From positions 10,913 through 74,912 of the forward strand of contig CAVPJI010000014.1 in the NCBI GenBank assembly GCA_963705215.1: a DNA stretch of 64,000 nucleotides. The letters run 5' to 3'. The translations under genes and the position numbers were made by a program. Positions 61,235 through 64,000 of the stretch are shown here, in pieces (within the stretch, counting starts at the first letter, position 1; each line of letters begins with the position of its first letter). The notes beneath the pieces were generated by a model. It did not search any database and was not told where the DNA came from. It was given only the letters and a program-made list of their open reading frames with translations. The DNA comes from an uncultured Chloroflexia bacterium. Lineage in GTDB: Bacteria; Chloroflexota; Limnocylindria; Limnocylindrales; CSP1-4.

Positions 61235-63564
61235 GACCGGGCCTCCTCTCCGTCGCGGTCGGCCGCGTCGAGCGCCGCGAGGATCCGCTCGGGCGTGGCG
61301 GGCAGCTCGTTGATCCAGACACCGGTGGCATCGTGGATGGCGGCGACGACCGCCGGCGCCACGACGTCCATCGGCAGCTCGCCGATCCCCTTGGCGCCGT
61401 GCGGCTCGTTCGCGAACGGGTTCTCCACCAGGACGGCCGTGATCTTCGGCGCATCGAGCGAGGTGGGGATCAGGTACTTCGAGAGCCGGTCGTTGAGGAA
61501 CCGGCCGTCCTTGAGCTTCATCTCCTCGATGGTGGCGTAGCCGACCGCCTGCAGCGAGCCGCCCTCCACCTGCCCGGCGGCCATCAGGGGGTTGATCACC
61601 GTGCCGCAGTCGTCCGCGGAGACGACGTGCTTGACGGCCACCTCGCCGGTGTCGAGGTCAACCTCGACCTCGGCCGTGGCGGCCGCCCAGGAGAACGCCG
61701 GGTAGGCGTCGCCGACGTAGGTGGCGTCGTCCCAGGTGATGTCCGGGTAGCCGGTGAACTGCTCGTCGAAGCGGAGAGCGCCGTGGGTCCGGGCGACATC
61801 GCCGTAGACCGCCGCGAACGGCCCGGGGGCACGCTCCTCGACCGCGGCCTTGAGCCGGTCGGCCGCCCTGGCCACGAGGCCGCCGACGACCATCGTGGTG
61901 CGCGAGGCGACGGTCGGGCCGCTGTTGGGGACGACCGAGGTGTCCTGGCGCACGACATCCACGTCCTCGAACGGGATCCCGAGCCGGTCCGCCGCGATCT
62001 GGGCGAACACGGTCCGCATGCCCTGGCCCATCTCGGTCTGGTCGGAGAGGACGCGGACGCGCCCGTCCGCCGTGAGCTCCACCGCGGCGATGCTGGCCAG
62101 GTACTTCTCGCCGCCGCCGGTGAAGCCGGCGCCGTGCCAGCCCATGGCGACCCCGATCCCGGGCGCGCTGCGCGGCCTCCCGGCCGCGCGATCCACGCGG
62201 CGCGCCGCCGCGAAGGCCGTCCGGCGCGCCTCGAAGTCGCTGACCTCGGTCGCCGCCGCGAGCGTCTCCCGGGCCGAGACGCTGTCGCGCAGCACCTGCT
62301 GCGTCGGCGTCAGATCGCCGAGCTGGTACGCCCAGCGCGCCCGGAGCTCCGCCGGCGAAACGTCGAGCGCCTCCGCGATTCGGTTGACGTGCATCTCCGC
62401 GGCGAACTCGGTCTGGGGAGCGCCAAAGCCGCGGAAGGCGCCGGTGGGCGGCGTGTGCGTCTGCACCGCACGGGAGCGGATCCGCACGTTCGGGCAGGCA
62501 TACGGGCCGGCCGAATGGAGCGTCCCGCGCGAGAGCACCACCGACGAGAGGGTCGCGTAGGCGCCGCCGTCGAACGTGATGTCGATGTCCTGGGCGACCA
62601 GCCGCCCGTCGCGCGTGACGCCGGTGCGATGGGTGACCACCGCCGGATGGCGCTTCGTGGAGACGGAGATGTCCTCGTGGCGGTCGTAGATCAGGCGGAC
62701 CGGCCGACCGACCGCGAGGGCGAGCATCGCGGCGTGGATGGCGAGCCCCGACGGGAACTCCTCCTTGCCGCCGAAGGCGCCGCCCGTGTCCTCCTGGACC
62801 ACCACGCAGTGCTCGGCGTCGAGGCCGAGCGCCCGCTTCATGGCGGCGTGCACGTAGTACGGGCACTGCAGCGAGCCGTGGACCGTCACGCCGCCGTCCG
62901 GCCGCGGCACCGCGATCATGCACTGCGTCTCGATGTAGAGCTGCTCCTGGTGACCGACCCGGTAGGTCCCCTCGATGACCTGGTCCGCCTGGGCGAACCC
63001 TGCCTCGAGGTCGCCTCGGGCGATGTGGTAGTCGGTGAAGACGTGGTCGGACGCGAGCATGTCCGTGACGGCCGGGAGCGGCTCGGTGCGGAGCCGGATG
63101 TGATCGCGCGCGGCGTGCGCCAGGGCAAGCGTGGGTGCCGCGACCAGGGCGACCGGCTCGCCGAAATGGCAGATCTCGTCCGCGGCGAGGACCGGCTGGT
63201 CGTCCTTCATGAGGTGGATGACGTTCTCGCCGGGCACGTCCGCGGCCGTCAGGACGACGACCCGGCTCCAGTCGAAGGCGGGGTCGCGCTCGATCCCGAG
63301 CAGGCGGGCGTGCGCCTCGGTCGACCGAACGGTGGTCCCGTGCCATGCCCCGGGTACCACGAAGTCGTCGGTGTACCGGGTGGCGCCGATCAGCTTGGGA
63401 ACGGCGTCCACGCGGGGCACGGACCGCGGGTCGGCGGCCGGATCGGGGATCCGCCAGGCCGGTGACGCCTCGCGAGGTGCGGCCGCCGGAGGCGGGGGCG
63501 CAACCGAAGGCGCGGTAGGGGCAGGTGTCGCGTGGGGGGTCCGGACCGGCGCTCGCGTCGTCAT
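61231..63564 (-). CDS. Xanthine dehydrogenase-family molybdopterin-binding large subunit
   Basis: [55 protein letters not shown]. Confidence 0.92.
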   Translation of the reverse strand: MTTRAPVRTPHATPAPTAPSVAPPPPAAAPREASPAWRIPDPAADPRSVPRVDAVPKLIGATRYTDDFVVPGAWHGTTVRSTEAHARLLGIERDPAFDWSRVVVLTAADVPGENVIHLMKDDQPVLAADEICHFGEPVALVAAPTLALAHAARDHIRLRTEPLPAVTDMLASDHVFTDYHIARGDLEAGFAQADQVIEGTYRVGHQEQLYIETQCMIAVPRPDGGVTVHGSLQCPYYVHAAMKRALGLDAEHCVVVQEDTGGAFGGKEEFPSGLAIHAAMLALAVGRPVRLIYDRHEDISVSTKRHPAVVTHRTGVTRDGRLVAQDIDITFDGGAYATLSSVVLSRGTLHSAGPYACPNVRIRSRAVQTHTPPTGAFRGFGAPQTEFAAEMHVNRIAEALDVSPAELRARWAYQLGDLTPTQQVLRDSVSARETLAAATEVSDFEARRTAFAAARRVDRAAGRPRSAPGIGVAMGWHGAGFTGGGEKYLASIAAVELTADGRVRVLSDQTEMGQGMRTVFAQIAADRLGIPFEDVDVVRQDTSVVPNSGPTVASRTTMVVGGLVARAADRLKAAVEERAPGPFAAVYGDVARTHGALRFDEQFTGYPDITWDDATYVGDAYPAFSWAAATAEVEVDLDTGEVAVKHVVSADDCGTVINPLMAAGQVEGGSLQAVGYATIEEMKLKDGRFLNDRLSKYLIPTSLDAPKITAVLVENPFANEPHGAKGIGELPMDVVAPAVVAAIHDATGVWINELPATPERILAALDAADRDGEEARS

Positions 63565-63863
63565 GTCTGGTACTCGTCCTTCACGATGTGGGCACCGGCC
63601 CTGCCGCGGACCGCGCTGAGGTGATTCTCCGCGTGGGTGGCGCCGACTTCACGGCCGCTCCGCTGCCCCGGTGACCTTCGCCGGCGCAGGCCGGCGGAGA
63701 ACCGAGGCGCCGATGGAACCGCCCACCCGGCGACGATGCACGGCCCGGCCGACTGCCGTCAAGGGACAGTCCGCCCGCCTCGGGGGGGCGGTCCGGCAGG
63801 CACCGAGCCCCGTCGACGAGTCGCCGCAGGGCGCCGCGTCCGCGGGATCCCGAGACGAGCCGG

Positions 63864-64000
63864 CTACTCGCTGAGCCAGGCCGCGATGTCACGGGCCGAC
63901 GGAATCCGGCCTGCGCTCACGACCTTGCCGTCGATGATGAGCCCGGGGGTGCTGAGGATCCCGTGAGCCACGATCTCGGCCCGGTCGGTGACATGCACGA
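63864..64000 (-). CDS. Small thioredoxin-like protein (MTH895-type), 5' end outside the window
   Basis: Manual translation ...HVTDRAEIVAHGILSTPGLIIDGKVVSAGRIPSARDIAAWLSE*. Confidence 0.75.
   Translation of the reverse strand, partial: VHVTDRAEIVAHGILSTPGLIIDGKVVSAGRIPSARDIAAWLSE

Overview
Very GC-rich bacterial window. The gene content suggests a Chloroflexota- or Actinomycetota-like monoderm (inference only). It is almost entirely protein-coding, with no rRNA, tRNA, CRISPR array, transposase or integrase seen. Main blocks: (1) 1-20.9 kb, a mosaic of small modules: three vapBC pairs, a Fic remnant, SulP, MarR and TetR units with clear operators, an OsmC/rhodanese pair, a PucR-permease-cysteine hydrolase unit, a degenerate MBL protein and a lipoprotein nucleoside hydrolase. 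(2) 21-36.4 kb, a DszB-like desulfinase plus rhodanese, then an island next to a MalT-type LuxR regulator. The island carries an MFS, a class III PPK2, a P-type ATPase lacking all acidic cation-binding residues, a class I PPK2, CHAD and SulP, with a repeated 17-bp TCRYCC-N5-GGRYGA-like box. (3) 36.6-46.6 kb, two more vapBC pairs, an acyl-AMP ligase-ACP-acyltransferase fusion, DUF4397, adenosine deaminase and a GGDEF-EAL protein. (4) 46.7-63.6 kb, a variant of the xdhD-ssnA-ygfK-ygeW reductive purine/urate catabolism cluster, with two carbamoyltransferases, two atypical PLP fold-II enzymes, a second Mo-hydroxylase and an inserted mazEF. Five single-base frameshifts in otherwise intact genes look like sequencing indels. 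All family calls come from motif recognition by eye; no searches were run.
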